This document shows positions 10,343 to 20,302 of a stretch of DNA of 64,000 nt, piece by piece. The notes under the pieces were generated by a model that was given only the letters and a program-made list of their open reading frames with translations, had not been told where the DNA came from and did no database searches. Every line of letters begins with the position of its first letter. Within the stretch, counting starts at the first letter, position 1. The DNA lies in assembly GCA_036500145.1 (NCBI GenBank), contig DASYCO010000066.1:47602-111601 (forward strand). Direction: 5' to 3'. The stretch is from Alphaproteobacteria bacterium (GTDB lineage: Bacteria; Pseudomonadota; Alphaproteobacteria; SMXQ01). Position numbers and translations under genes: made by a program.

Positions 10343-11062
10343 TCAGGGCGATGTCAGGCTGTTCGCGGTCCGCTGCAGCCAGCTGGGCAGGTCGTCGGTG
10401 ACGTAATGCACCGGTCCCGCCGCCGAAGGCTCCGGCACCGGGGTGGCGGGGTTCTCCAGCGGCGTCACCAGCACGGTCTTCATGCCGAGCGCCGCAGCCG
10501 GCGGCAGGTTGACCAGGGTGTCCTCGAACAGAACGGCCTGCGTCGGCGTCACCGCATGGGCCGCCAGCATCCGCTGGTAGCTCGCCGGGTCGGGCTTGCA
10601 GATGAACTCGGCGGCGGCGATGTCGAAGATGTCGGCGAAGTGATGCGTGATGCCGAGCCGCGCCAGCACCGATTCGGCGTGGCGCAGCGAGCCGTTGGTG
10701 AAGACCAGCTTGCGGCCGGGCAACTGGGCGAGCGCCGCGTCGAGCGCCGGCGCCGGCGGGATCACCGTCAGGTCGAGGTCGTGGACATAGGCGAGGTAGT
10801 CGTGCGGGTCGACTTCCGGATGGTGGAGCATCAGCCCGCGCAGCGTCGTGCCGTAGGCGTAGAAGTAGCGCTTCTGCATCTCGCGGGCGCCGGCGGCGTC
10901 GAGGCCGAAGCGTTCGGACAGGAAGGCGCCCATCAGCCTGTCGACCTGGTCGAACAGGCGGCTCGAACGCGGATAGAGGGTGTTGTCCAGGTCGAAGACC
11001 CAGTCGGTCACGTGCGCCAGGCCATCCGGGGCCGACGAGTCTTTATTAACCCATTGATTCAT
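10343..11062 (-). CDS. pyrimidine 5'-nucleotidase (HAD superfamily)
   Basis: HAD motif I WVFDLDNTLY, and motifs FTNGS and CKPDP...LFEDT. Confidence 0.8.
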   Translation of the reverse strand: MNQWVNKDSSAPDGLAHVTDWVFDLDNTLYPRSSRLFDQVDRLMGAFLSERFGLDAAGAREMQKRYFYAYGTTLRGLMLHHPEVDPHDYLAYVHDLDLTVIPPAPALDAALAQLPGRKLVFTNGSLRHAESVLARLGITHHFADIFDIAAAEFICKPDPASYQRMLAAHAVTPTQAVLFEDTLVNLPPAAALGMKTVLVTPLENPATPVPEPSAAGPVHYVTDDLPSWLQRTANSLTSP

Positions 11063-11219
11063 CGTGCATTTTAAGGCGCGTTCCGCGCCATCCGTAACGC
11101 TTCGTTAATCACTGGCCCCTATCTTACGACAAGGACGTCACCGGTGGTCGCACGAAATCCGTGCGCCCCCGCCCAGGGACGCCTGACGCATACGTTCCGT
11201 CCAATCGTTCAGGCGCCTG

Positions 11220-13082
11220 ATGGACTCGAAGCCCACCCTACAGACAGCGATGCCGTCAAGCGTGGCGACGAGCGCGCCGCCAGCTGCGCCATCCGCGGCG
11301 TCGCCGGCGTCCGTCGCCGCGCTGCGCGCCGAGCGCGACCGCTTCGTCGCCCTGGCCTTCGCCGCCGCCGACCTGCTGATCGAACTGGATTCGGAGCAGC
11401 ACGTCGTCTTCGCCGCCGGCGCCACGGCGGCCTTCGTCGGCCTCGGCCCCCAGGCCTTGGCGGGCAAGAGCTTCCTCGACCTCGTCTCGACCGCCGACCG
11501 CCCGATGATGCGCGAAGTGCTCGTGCAGGCCGGCAAGGGCCGGCGCATGCGCAACATCGTCGTACGGCTGCAGAACGTCGGCGACGAGGGCGCCGCGACG
11601 CCGAGCGCGCCGCTGGCCCTGCTCGGCTACCGCCTGCCCGACATGGGCGGCCGCTATTTCCTCTCGCTGCGTGCCGGCGGCCACGAGCCGCGCCTGGGCG
11701 ACGACGATCCTGTGCCGCAGGTGACGGGCGGCGACAGCGGCCTGTGCAATCCGCGCTCCTTCGCCGCCATCGCCGCCGAGCGCCTGGGCGCCGCGAACGC
11801 GACGCCGGTCGACGACGGCGGCCGGTCCTACAGCCTCACCCTGCTGCGCTTCCTCGGGCTCAACGAACTGCGTCGCCGCCTTGAGCGCGACGCGCGCGGC
11901 CAGCTGGTCGCGGCCATCGGCGGCGGCCTGCGCGCGCTAGCGGTCAACGGGGATCTCGCCGGCCAGTTCGACGGCGAAAGCTTCGGCGTCATCCACGCCA
12001 AGGACGCCGACCTCGCCGCCTTCGAGCGCAGCATCGTCGAGATGTCGCGCCAGTTCGATCCGCTCTACGTCGAAGCGCCGAAGCCGGCGCCGAAGAAGAA
12101 GGCGGCGCCCGCCGTCGGCGGCGTCTCCGTCGCGCGTGCCGTCGTCGAGATGGACGTCACCGACATGGGCCAGACCGAGCAGGTCAAGGCCCTGAGCTTC
12201 ATCGTCAACCGCTTCACCGACGGCCGCGCCGAGGAATTCACCCTGACCAGCGCCAGCGCCGGCCTCAGCGCCATGATCGGCGAGACGGTGCACAAGCTCG
12301 GCGAGTTCCGCTCCGTCATTGCCGACGCCGACTTCGCCATGGCCTTCCAGCCCATCGTCGACCTGACGACGCGCGACATCCACCATTACGAAGTGCTGGC
12401 GCGCTTCCCGAGCTTCGGCGACCGCCTGACGCCCTACGAGGCGATCACCTTCGCCGAGCAGACCGGCCTGATCTGCGACTTCGACCTCGCCATGTGCGAC
12501 AAGGCGCTGCACTGGCTCGACGCCCGCCGCGCCGAAGGCAAGATCTATCACCTGGCCGTCAACATGTCGGGCAGCTCGATCGGCATGCCGAGCTTCGTCA
12601 AGGCGCTGCACAAGCTGCTGCAGCGCCATGACGCCGTGCGCAAGCAGGTGGCCTTCGAGATCACCGAATCGGCGCGCATCGCCAACCTGCGCGGCGTCAA
12701 CGCCGTCGTGCGCGGCCTGCGCGCCGAAGGGCACAAGGTCTGCCTCGACGACTTCGGCGCCGGCGCTTCGGCCTTCCACTACCTGCGCGCGCTCGACGTC
12801 GACGTGGTCAAGATCGACGGCGTCTACGTGCGTGACGCCTTCAAGAACAGCAAGGGCGCCGCCTTCCTCAAGGCGATGGCCGGCCTGTGCAACGACCTCG
12901 GCATCGCCACGGTGGCCGAGATGGTCGAGGACGAGAGCAACCTCGCCTTCCTGCGCCAGTGCGGCGTCGACTTCGGCCAGGGCTGGCTGTTCGGCAAGCC
13001 GTCGTTCGAGATCGGCGACTTCGCGAACCTGCGTGCGCAAGAGGCCGCGCCCCTGGCGCGCCGTGCGGGCAGCAAGCCGTGA
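11220..13082 (+). CDS. c-di-GMP phosphodiesterase: PAS-like domain, degenerate GGDEF domain, EAL domain
   Basis: EAL-domain catalytic signature is intact: HHYEVLARF, AVNMSG, FEITES, LDDFGAG, VKIDG, EMVEDES, GQGWLFGKP. In the central domain the GGDEF position reads FDGESF, which is degenerate. Confidence 0.85.
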   Translation: MDSKPTLQTAMPSSVATSAPPAAPSAASPASVAALRAERDRFVALAFAAADLLIELDSEQHVVFAAGATAAFVGLGPQALAGKSFLDLVSTADRPMMREVLVQAGKGRRMRNIVVRLQNVGDEGAATPSAPLALLGYRLPDMGGRYFLSLRAGGHEPRLGDDDPVPQVTGGDSGLCNPRSFAAIAAERLGAANATPVDDGGRSYSLTLLRFLGLNELRRRLERDARGQLVAAIGGGLRALAVNGDLAGQFDGESFGVIHAKDADLAAFERSIVEMSRQFDPLYVEAPKPAPKKKAAPAVGGVSVARAVVEMDVTDMGQTEQVKALSFIVNRFTDGRAEEFTLTSASAGLSAMIGETVHKLGEFRSVIADADFAMAFQPIVDLTTRDIHHYEVLARFPSFGDRLTPYEAITFAEQTGLICDFDLAMCDKALHWLDARRAEGKIYHLAVNMSGSSIGMPSFVKALHKLLQRHDAVRKQVAFEITESARIANLRGVNAVVRGLRAEGHKVCLDDFGAGASAFHYLRALDVDVVKIDGVYVRDAFKNSKGAAFLKAMAGLCNDLGIATVAEMVEDESNLAFLRQCGVDFGQGWLFGKPSFEIGDFANLRAQEAAPLARRAGSKP

Positions 13083-14521
13083 TCCGCGCCTTCCGGCTGC
13101 TGCGCGAGACCGCGAAGGCCCCCGTTGCCGGCCCCGGCGCGCCGGCCGGCGGACGCCCCGAAGCGGCCCCCCAAACAGACGATTCGTTCGACCGCAGCCT
13201 GCAGGCCGCCCTCATCGAATCGCGCCAGCGCTACAAGGACCTCGTCGACATCGCGGGCGACTTCGCCTGGGAGACCGACGCCGCCGGCGTCTTCGTCTTC
13301 GTCTCGCCGCGCGGCGCGCTCGGCTATCGCGCCGCCGACCTGATCGGCCGGCGCGCTGCCGAGCTGCTTGAAGATGCGGAAGACGCAGCCGCCTTCGCGG
13401 CGCGCGAGCCGCTCGAAAACCTGCAGCTCTGGCTGCGCCGCGCCGACGGCGCGCCTGCCTGCCTGCGCCTCTCCGCCGTGCCGGTGGCCGATGCGGCGGG
13501 CCTCTGGAAAGGCGCCCGCGGCATCTGCCGCGACGTGACGGCAGCCCGCACCCGCGATGCCGCCCTGGCGCGCGCCGGCCTGCGCGAACGCCTGCTCGGC
13601 CATATCCTGCGCGCGGTGCGCGACACCGTCGAGCCGGCCGAAATGCTGGCCGCTGCTGCGACGGCGACGGGCCGCGCGCTGGGCGCCTCGACCTGCCTCG
13701 TTTTGCGCGCCGACGGCGCGGAGAGTTTCCGGCCCGCGGCGCGGTTCGGCGAAGATCAGGACGTTGCCGAGGAGAGGCTCGCCGAGGCCGCTGCCGCCGA
13801 AACGCCGCTGGCCGTCGGGCCCTGGCTCGTCGCCGCGACGCGCTACCACCATGGCGTCAACGGCATCGTCGCCCTGTGTGCAGTCGAAGGCCGCGCCTGG
13901 AGCGTCGACGACCGGGCGCTGCTCGGCGGCGTCGCCGACCATCTCGGCATCGCCATCGCGCAGATCGAGGACCATGAGCGCCTGCGCGAGCTGTCGCGCA
14001 CCGACGGCCTCACCGGGCTGCTCAACCGCCGCACCTTCTACGAGGAGGTCGAGCGGCGCTGGCGGCGCATCAGCCAAGGTGGCGCGGCCAATGCTTCTGG
14101 GGGCGCGCTGGTCTATTGCGACCTCGACAATTTCAAGCTGGTCAACGACCACGCCGGCCATGGCGCGGGCGACGATGCGCTCCGCCATGTCGCGCGCATC
14201 CTGCGCGAGCTGACGCGCGGCCAGGACCTGCTGTCGCGCCTCGGCGGCGACGAATTCGCGCTCTGGCTCGAAGGGGCCGACCGCGCCGGAGCCGAAAGCA
14301 AGGCCGCCGCGATCCTGCAGGCGGTGCGCGCCTTGGCCCATCTGTCGGGCGATGCGGCGCGGCCCTTCGCCGTGTCCCTCGGCATCGCCCTGGCCGAGCC
14401 GGGCGGCGAGGAGACGCTGACCGCCTTCTTCGCCCGCGCCGACGGCGCCATGTATGCCGCCAAGCAGGCCGGCAAGGGCCAGGTGGCCTTCGCCCCGTTC
14501 GTTCCGGAGGCCGACGCGTGA
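13079..14521 (+). CDS. diguanylate cyclase (PAS-GAF-GGDEF)
   Basis: Motifs RTDGLTGLLNRR, DLDNFKLVNDHAGHGAGD and RLGGDEFALW. An RxxD I-site (RGQD) lies five residues upstream of GGDEF. GTG 13079 overlaps the upstream stop (GTGA), so I trimmed the track ORF 12887-14521. Confidence 0.85.
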   Translation: MIRAFRLLRETAKAPVAGPGAPAGGRPEAAPQTDDSFDRSLQAALIESRQRYKDLVDIAGDFAWETDAAGVFVFVSPRGALGYRAADLIGRRAAELLEDAEDAAAFAAREPLENLQLWLRRADGAPACLRLSAVPVADAAGLWKGARGICRDVTAARTRDAALARAGLRERLLGHILRAVRDTVEPAEMLAAAATATGRALGASTCLVLRADGAESFRPAARFGEDQDVAEERLAEAAAAETPLAVGPWLVAATRYHHGVNGIVALCAVEGRAWSVDDRALLGGVADHLGIAIAQIEDHERLRELSRTDGLTGLLNRRTFYEEVERRWRRISQGGAANASGGALVYCDLDNFKLVNDHAGHGAGDDALRHVARILRELTRGQDLLSRLGGDEFALWLEGADRAGAESKAAAILQAVRALAHLSGDAARPFAVSLGIALAEPGGEETLTAFFARADGAMYAAKQAGKGQVAFAPFVPEADA

Positions 14522-15873
14522 TTTCCGTCGTCCGTCGCCTGCTCGGCCGTGCCGGCATCGGCGTCGCCATCGAATATGAAGACGCCCGCGACCTGGCGCG
14601 CCATCCCGACATGCAGGTGCGACGTCGCCTCGCCGGGCGCGCCGACGTGCGGCCGGAAATCCTCTATTACCTGGCGGGCGACAAGGCCGCCGAGGTGCGC
14701 CGCGCCATCGCCGCCAACGAGGCGACGCCGAGCCAGGCCGACCTCATTCTCGCGCGCGACCAGGACGAGGCGGTGCGCGCCGACCTCGCCGGCAAGATCG
14801 CGCGCATCGCGCCGCATCTCTCCGCCGCCGACCAGGGCAAGCTGCGCGACATCGCCCTCGAAGTGCTCGACATCCTCGCCCGCGACGAGACGGTGCGCGT
14901 TCGCCGCATCATCGCCGAGACCCTGAAGGACGTGGCGCAGGCGCCGGCCGACGTCATCCGCCGCCTGGCGCAGGACGCCGACGCCTCGGTCGCCGCCCCC
15001 GTGCTGCAATTCTCGCCGCTGCTCAGCGAGGACGACCTCGTCGCCATCATCGAGAGCGCGTCGGAGAACATGCAGGCGGCGGCCTCCGGCGGCTCGATCG
15101 CGGCCATCGCGCGGCGCGCCGGCCTGCCCTTGCGCGTCAGCGACGCGGTGTCGGCGAGCGAGAACGTCGAGGCGGTCGCCGCCCTGCTCGCCAACCCGAG
15201 CGCCCAGATCCGCGAGGAGACGCTCGACCTGCTCGCCGACAAGGCGCGCCCGGTGCCGCCCTGGCACGCGCCCTTCGTGCGCCGGCCGCACCTGCCGCGC
15301 AGCACCGCCTGCAAGCTCTCCGGCTTCGTCGCCGATTCGCTGCTGTCGGTGCTGATGAAGCGGCCCGACCTGGAGCCCGAGACCTTGAGCGAGGTCGCCA
15401 AGGTGGTGCGCAAGCGCATCGCCGCCGGCGAGACCCTGCTCGCCGTCGAGGACGCCGCGCGCGACGCCCAGGCGGCCGAAGATCCCGGCAACACGCGGCT
15501 CGACCGCGGCCTGCTGCGCGAAGGCGGGCCCAGGCTCGCCGAATATGTCCAGCGGCTCTACGCCAAGGGCGAACTGAACGAAGATTCGCTCGACGAGGCG
15601 CTGTCGCTCGGCAACAGCGAGTTCATGAGCCTGGCGCTGGCCTACAAGGCCGGCGTGGCGCCCACCGTGGTCGGCCGCATCGTCGCCGCCCATAGCGCCA
15701 AGGGCATGACGGCGCTCGCCTGGAAGGCGGGACTGACCATGCGCTTCGCCATCAAGATGCAGTCGCGCCTCGCCGGCGTCGCCCCCGGCGACGTCATCCC
15801 GGCGAAATACGGCACCGACTATCCGCTCACGCCCGACGAGATGACCTGGCTGCTGAGCTTCTTCAGCGAGTGA
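14518..15873 (+). CDS. DUF2336-like protein with HEAT/ARM-like repeats; function unknown
   Basis: Repeated RRxLA..D..PE.L..LA.D....VR..IA-type units, for example DMQVRRRLAGRADVRPEILYYLAGDKAAEVRRAIAAN. GTG 14518 overlaps the cyclase stop (GTGA). The family assignment is from memory of DUF2336 proteins in alphaproteobacteria. Confidence 0.6.
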   Translation: MISVVRRLLGRAGIGVAIEYEDARDLARHPDMQVRRRLAGRADVRPEILYYLAGDKAAEVRRAIAANEATPSQADLILARDQDEAVRADLAGKIARIAPHLSAADQGKLRDIALEVLDILARDETVRVRRIIAETLKDVAQAPADVIRRLAQDADASVAAPVLQFSPLLSEDDLVAIIESASENMQAAASGGSIAAIARRAGLPLRVSDAVSASENVEAVAALLANPSAQIREETLDLLADKARPVPPWHAPFVRRPHLPRSTACKLSGFVADSLLSVLMKRPDLEPETLSEVAKVVRKRIAAGETLLAVEDAARDAQAAEDPGNTRLDRGLLREGGPRLAEYVQRLYAKGELNEDSLDEALSLGNSEFMSLALAYKAGVAPTVVGRIVAAHSAKGMTALAWKAGLTMRFAIKMQSRLAGVAPGDVIPAKYGTDYPLTPDEMTWLLSFFSE

Positions 15874-15894
15874 GACGCTTCGCGCAGGCCAGCA

Positions 15895-16377
15895 TCACTT
15901 GGGCGCGGCCTGCGATGGCCCGACGTATTTGACTCCGGTAGACGGGGCCAGCTCGGGAAAGAAGGCGTAAGTGACGGCGTCTCCGTCGACCTTCCAATTC
16001 TGCACCCTGACCTTCATCGCGTTGTTCGGGCCGATGTCCGTCTCGCCCTTTCCGTAGCGGTCGAGCAGCGATTTCAGCAGGGCCGCCGAATCGCCGCCGG
16101 GCTCCAGGTAAAGCTGCACCATCGACAGCCGCTGCGTGCCGGGCGCGAAGTAGAAATAGGCTTTGTAGCCGTAGCCGTCTTCCGCGTAGGGCACGAACAG
16201 CTGCGGCACATGCGCCGGCGTGGTCAGCTGCTTCAGCTGTTCGGGAGCGAGGCTTTGCGCGTCTGGGTAGAGCGCATGCACCTCGTCGACGCTCATGCTC
16301 CAGTGGGTGTTCTGCCAATCGGCTCTGGCGGCCGTCGAGGCGCAGCACAAAAGCAGCGCGAGAATGATTTTTCGCAT
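15895..16377 (-). CDS. hypothetical secreted protein (160 aa)
   Basis: Signal peptide MRKIILALLLCCASTAARA. A GGGGGA Shine-Dalgarno sequence lies about 5 nt upstream of ATG 16377. The longer 263-aa track ORF is rejected. Confidence 0.6.
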   Translation of the reverse strand: MRKIILALLLCCASTAARADWQNTHWSMSVDEVHALYPDAQSLAPEQLKQLTTPAHVPQLFVPYAEDGYGYKAYFYFAPGTQRLSMVQLYLEPGGDSAALLKSLLDRYGKGETDIGPNNAMKVRVQNWKVDGDAVTYAFFPELAPSTGVKYVGPSQAAPK

Positions 16378-16449
16378 GAAGTCCCCCAGCATTGAATCGC
16401 GGACCGACGCCCGCCCCTTGCGGCCATCCTGTGCGACAGGACACATAAG

Positions 16450-16485
16450 AAAAAGCCCGCGAAGATCGCTCTTCGCGGGCTTTTC
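16450..16485 (-). terminator. rho-independent terminator downstream of argB
   Basis: Stem GCCCGCGAAGA / TCTTCGCGGGC with a 4-nt loop, followed by a T5 run on the minus strand. Confidence 0.8.
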
Positions 16486-16502
16486 GTTCGCATGCGCGAG
16501 GC

Positions 16503-17414
16503 TTAGTCCTCGCGAATCATCGTGCCGACGCCGTGCTCGGTGAAGATTTCGAGCAGGATCGAGTGAGGCACCGTGCCGTCCATGATGACGGCGGCGTCGA
16601 CCTGGCCTTCGACCGCGAACATGCAGGTCTCGATCTTCGGGATCATGCCGCCCTTGATCGTGCCGTCCTTCATCAGCTTCTTGCATTCGGCGATGGTCAG
16701 CTCGGGGATCAGGTTGCCCTGCTTGTCGAGCACGCCGGCCACGTCGGTCATCATCAGCAGGCGCGTCGCGCCGACGGCGGGCGCGATGGCGCCGGCGGCG
16801 GTGTCGGCGTTGATGTTGAAGGTCTCGCCGTTCTTGCCGATGCCGATGGGCGCGATCACCGGGATGATGTCCGAATCCTTGAGGTCTTCGAGGATGTGGG
16901 GGTTGACGCGGCTGGGCTCGCCGACGAAGCCGAGGTCGAGGATCTTCTCGATGTTCGAATCGCTCGTCTTGTGGCGGCGCTTGAGCTTGGTCGCCTGGAT
17001 CAGGTTGCCATCCTTGCCGGACAGGCCGACGGCGTTGCCGCCCGCCTCGTTGATCTCGGTGACGATGGCCTTGTTGATCGAGCCAGACAGCACCATCTCG
17101 ACGATCTCGACGGTCGCCTTGTCGGTGACGCGCAGGCCGTCGACGAACTCGCTCTTGATCTTGAGGCGTTCGAGCATCTGGCCGATCTGCGGGCCGCCGC
17201 CGTGCACGACGATGGGGTTGATGCCGACCTGCTTGAGCAGCACGACGTCGCGCGCGAACATCTTCGCGAGCTCCGGATCGCCCATGGCGTGGCCGCCGTA
17301 CTTGATCACGAAGGTCTCGCCGGCGAAGCGGCGCATGTAGGGCAGGGCTTCGGAGAGGGTCTTGGCCTTCTCGAGCCAGACGGCGTCGTAGGACGGTTTT
17401 CTCTTCACTGTCAT
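16503..17414 (-). CDS. argB: acetylglutamate kinase
   Basis: [10 protein letters not shown]...[12 protein letters not shown]...[13 protein letters not shown]...[15 protein letters not shown] 17414 is preferred; the 504-aa track ORF adds an out-of-frame overlap with engB. Confidence 0.93.
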   Translation of the reverse strand: MTVKRKPSYDAVWLEKAKTLSEALPYMRRFAGETFVIKYGGHAMGDPELAKMFARDVVLLKQVGINPIVVHGGGPQIGQMLERLKIKSEFVDGLRVTDKATVEIVEMVLSGSINKAIVTEINEAGGNAVGLSGKDGNLIQATKLKRRHKTSDSNIEKILDLGFVGEPSRVNPHILEDLKDSDIIPVIAPIGIGKNGETFNINADTAAGAIAPAVGATRLLMMTDVAGVLDKQGNLIPELTIAECKKLMKDGTIKGGMIPKIETCMFAVEGQVDAAVIMDGTVPHSILLEIFTEHGVGTMIRED

Positions 17415-17425
17415 GGCGGCGAACC

Positions 17426-18085
17426 TCAGGCAGTCTGTTTGCTGGCGGCCACAGCGGCCAGGGCGCTGCGGAGTGCGGGAATCCCCTCGCCGGCCAGGGC
17501 GCTGGTGACGAGGATCTCGGGGTGGGCGGCGGGATGCGTGGCCAGCACGACGGCGATGTCCGCCATCAGGTCGGCGAGTTCGGCCGGCCGGACCTTGTCG
17601 GCCTTGGTCAGGACCGCCTGATAGGAGATGGCGCAGGCGTCGAGCATCTTCATGGCCTCGATGTCGCTGTCCTTGATCTCGTGGCGCGCGTCGAGCAGCA
17701 GGCAGACCCGGCGCAGCGTCGGCCGGCCTTGCAGGTAGGCCTCGATCATGCGGTTCCAGGCGCCGACCTTGTCGCGCGAGACCTTGGCGTAGCCGTAGCC
17801 CGGCAGGTCGACCAGCATCAGCTTGTCGGCCAGGTTGAAGAAGTTGATCTGCTGGGTGCGGCCCGGCGTGTTCGAGGTGCGGGCCAGCGTGTTGCGTCCG
17901 GTCAGCGCGTTGACCAGGCTCGACTTGCCGACGTTGGAGCGGCCGGCGAAAGCGATCTCCGGCAGGCTGATCGGGGGCAGCTGCTCGATCTTCGTGACGC
18001 CGGCGACGAAGTCGCACGGACCGGCGAACAGCCGCCGGGCCTGCTCATCGCGGGCGAGGTCCTCGGCGCTGTTCGTTTCGGTCAT
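17426..18085 (-). CDS. engB: ribosome biogenesis GTP-binding protein EngB/YihA
   Basis: G1 motif [15 protein letters not shown]3 motif DLPGYGYA, G4 motif TKADK. Confidence 0.92.
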   Translation of the reverse strand: MTETNSAEDLARDEQARRLFAGPCDFVAGVTKIEQLPPISLPEIAFAGRSNVGKSSLVNALTGRNTLARTSNTPGRTQQINFFNLADKLMLVDLPGYGYAKVSRDKVGAWNRMIEAYLQGRPTLRRVCLLLDARHEIKDSDIEAMKMLDACAISYQAVLTKADKVRPAELADLMADIAVVLATHPAAHPEILVTSALAGEGIPALRSALAAVAASKQTA

Positions 18086-18113
18086 TGGCTTTCTATCCGT
18101 TCTGCGCCGGTCG

Positions 18114-19919
18114 CTAGGCGCGCTTCGGCTTCGCTTTCGCGTCCGCCTTGGCGTTGGTGCGGCGCATGATGATGTACTGCTGCGTGATCGACAGCAGGTT
18201 GTTCCACGACCAGTAGATCACCAGGCCGGCCGGGAAGGGCGCCAGCATGATGGTGAAGATGATCGGCATCACCATGAAGATCTTCGCCTGGATCGGGTCG
18301 GGCGGCTGCGGGTTGAGCTTCATCTGCAGGAACATGGTGAAGCCCATGATGAGCGGCCAGGCGCCGATCATCATGAAGTGCGGCATGTCCCAGGGAATGA
18401 GGCCGAACAGGTTGAACACCGTGGTCGGGTCGGGCGAGGACAGGTCGGTGATCCAGCCGTAGAACGGCGCGTGGCGCATCTCGATGGTGACGAACAGCAC
18501 CTTGTAGAGCGAGAAGAACACCGGGATCTGGATGACGATGGGCAGGCAGCCGGAGGCCGGGTTGACCTTGCTGCGCTTGTAGAGCGCCATCATCTCCGTG
18601 TTCAGCTTGACGCGGTCGTCCTTGTAGCGCTCGCGCAGCTTCACCATCTCGGGCTGCAGCTTCTTCATGCCGCTCATCGACTTGTAGGACTTGTTGGCGA
18701 GCGGGAAGAACAGCAGCTTGACGAGGAAGGTCATCAACATGATCGCAAGGCCGAAGTTGCCGAGCAGGCTGTTGAAGAAGTCGATGCAGTAGAAGAACGG
18801 CTTGGTCAGGAAGTAGAACCAGCCGAAGTCGACGGCGAGGTCGAAGCGCGGCACGCCCGCGTCCTTCTCGTACTTGTCGAGCAGCTTCACTTCCTTGGCG
18901 CCGGCGAACAGGCGCGACGAGGATTCGATTCCGGCGCCGGGCGCCACGGTCATCGCCTCGCCGAGCCAGTCGGCCTGGAACTTGTCGGAGCCGTTCTCCA
19001 TGCCGTGCAGCCAGCGCGTGTCGACCGACTTGGCCTGGTCGGGGATCAGCGCCGCCAGCCAGTACTTGTCGGTGATGCCGAACCAGCCGCCGGTCGTCTT
19101 GCGCGGGATGGCGGTCGCCTCGGTCACGTCCTTGTAGCTCGGCTCGCGCAGCTGGCCGTCGAGCACGCCGACGGGGCCTTCGTGCAGGATGAAGTAGCTC
19201 GTCGTCTTGGGCAGGTTGGTGCGCGACACCAGGGCGTAGGGGAACAACGTGGCGGAGGCGCCGCCGACGTTCTCGATGCGCTGGCTGACGGTGAACATGT
19301 AGTTGTCGTCGACGGCGATGGTGCGCAGGAAGCGCAGGCCGCGGCCGTTGTCCCAGCGCAGCGTCACCGGGCTGTTCGGCGTCAGCTCCTTGGAGTCGGT
19401 CTGCCACAGGGTGTCGGGGCCGGGCACCGGCATGTCGCGGTCCTGCGGCAGCCAGCCGAATTCGGCGAAGTAGGGCGATTCGGTGCCGGCCGGCGCGAAC
19501 AGCACGATCTGCGGGCTCGCCGGGTCGGTCGTGACGCGGTAGTCGACCAGGGTGAGCTGGTCGAGGCGGGCGCCGATCAGCGAGATCGAGCCGTTGAGGC
19601 GCGGCGTGTTGATCTGCAGGCGCGGGGCGGCGGCGGTCGGCACGGCGGCCGGGTTCGGCGCCGTCATGGCGGGCGCGCCGGGAACCTGCGGCGTCATCGC
19701 GTTGCCGGGCACCTGGGGCAGGACCGACTGGCCGGTGCTGCTGCCGGCGGGCGCCGTCGGCGCCTTGGCGGTGGCGTCGGCGGTCTTGGCCTGTTCGGCC
19801 ATCTCAAGCTGCTGCTGCTTCGCGGCTTCCTGGCGCGGGCCTTCGAAGAAGAATTGAAAACCAAACATGATGGCGACCGAGATGACGATCGCCACGATCA
19901 GGTTACGTTGGTCGTTCAT
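18114..19919 (-). CDS. yidC: membrane protein insertase YidC
   Basis: N-terminal transmembrane helix, a large periplasmic domain, and a conserved C-terminal core (KSMSGMKKLQPEM...GCLPIVIQIPVFFSLY). Confidence 0.95.
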   Translation of the reverse strand: MNDQRNLIVAIVISVAIMFGFQFFFEGPRQEAAKQQQLEMAEQAKTADATAKAPTAPAGSSTGQSVLPQVPGNAMTPQVPGAPAMTAPNPAAVPTAAAPRLQINTPRLNGSISLIGARLDQLTLVDYRVTTDPASPQIVLFAPAGTESPYFAEFGWLPQDRDMPVPGPDTLWQTDSKELTPNSPVTLRWDNGRGLRFLRTIAVDDNYMFTVSQRIENVGGASATLFPYALVSRTNLPKTTSYFILHEGPVGVLDGQLREPSYKDVTEATAIPRKTTGGWFGITDKYWLAALIPDQAKSVDTRWLHGMENGSDKFQADWLGEAMTVAPGAGIESSSRLFAGAKEVKLLDKYEKDAGVPRFDLAVDFGWFYFLTKPFFYCIDFFNSLLGNFGLAIMLMTFLVKLLFFPLANKSYKSMSGMKKLQPEMVKLRERYKDDRVKLNTEMMALYKRSKVNPASGCLPIVIQIPVFFSLYKVLFVTIEMRHAPFYGWITDLSSPDPTTVFNLFGLIPWDMPHFMMIGAWPLIMGFTMFLQMKLNPQPPDPIQAKIFMVMPIIFTIMLAPFPAGLVIYWSWNNLLSITQQYIIMRRTNAKADAKAKPKRA

Positions 19920-20302
19920 GAACCAATCCGCTCGACTGTGATGGGGCGCGAGCCAGCCGCTGGGCGGGCCGCGTCATGGGGGGAATGTCGTTCGCGCCGC
20001 TTCAGCGACGTCGTGTTCTTCATGGCGGGCCAGGTTTCCGGCACCGGGTCTTCGCCGCCTTCGTTCCACGGGTGGCAGCGCGCGATGCGCTTGGCCGCCA
20101 GCCAGCCGCCGCGCAGCGCGCCGAAGCGCGCGACGGCCTCGTAGCCGTAGTGCGAGCAGCTCGGATGGAAGCGGCAGCAGGGGCCGAAGGCCGCCGAGAG
20201 CGTGTACTGATAGGTGCGGATGGCGCCGAGCAGGGCCAGGCGGCCGGCCGAGGAGAGCAGGCCGGCGGGGCGGGCGTGCGGGGCCTGGAGCGTCTGCGTC
20301 AT
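19916..20302 (-). CDS. yidD: membrane protein insertion efficiency factor YidD, with a C-terminal extension
   Basis: YidD core IRTYQYTLSAAFGPCCRFHPSCSHYGYEAVARFGALRGGWLAAKRIARCHPW. ATGA overlaps at both ends, with rnpA and with yidC. Confidence 0.85.
   Translation of the reverse strand: MTQTLQAPHARPAGLLSSAGRLALLGAIRTYQYTLSAAFGPCCRFHPSCSHYGYEAVARFGALRGGWLAAKRIARCHPWNEGGEDPVPETWPAMKNTTSLKRRERHSPHDAARPAAGSRPITVERIGS

Noticed and set aside
16503-18017. 504-aa ORF suggesting a fusion protein upstream of ArgB.
   Set aside because: The N-terminal roughly 200 codons are an out-of-frame overlap of engB with RP-rich nonsense composition. A clean ArgB start (MTVKRK) exists at 17414, and engB occupies 17426-18085 in its own frame.
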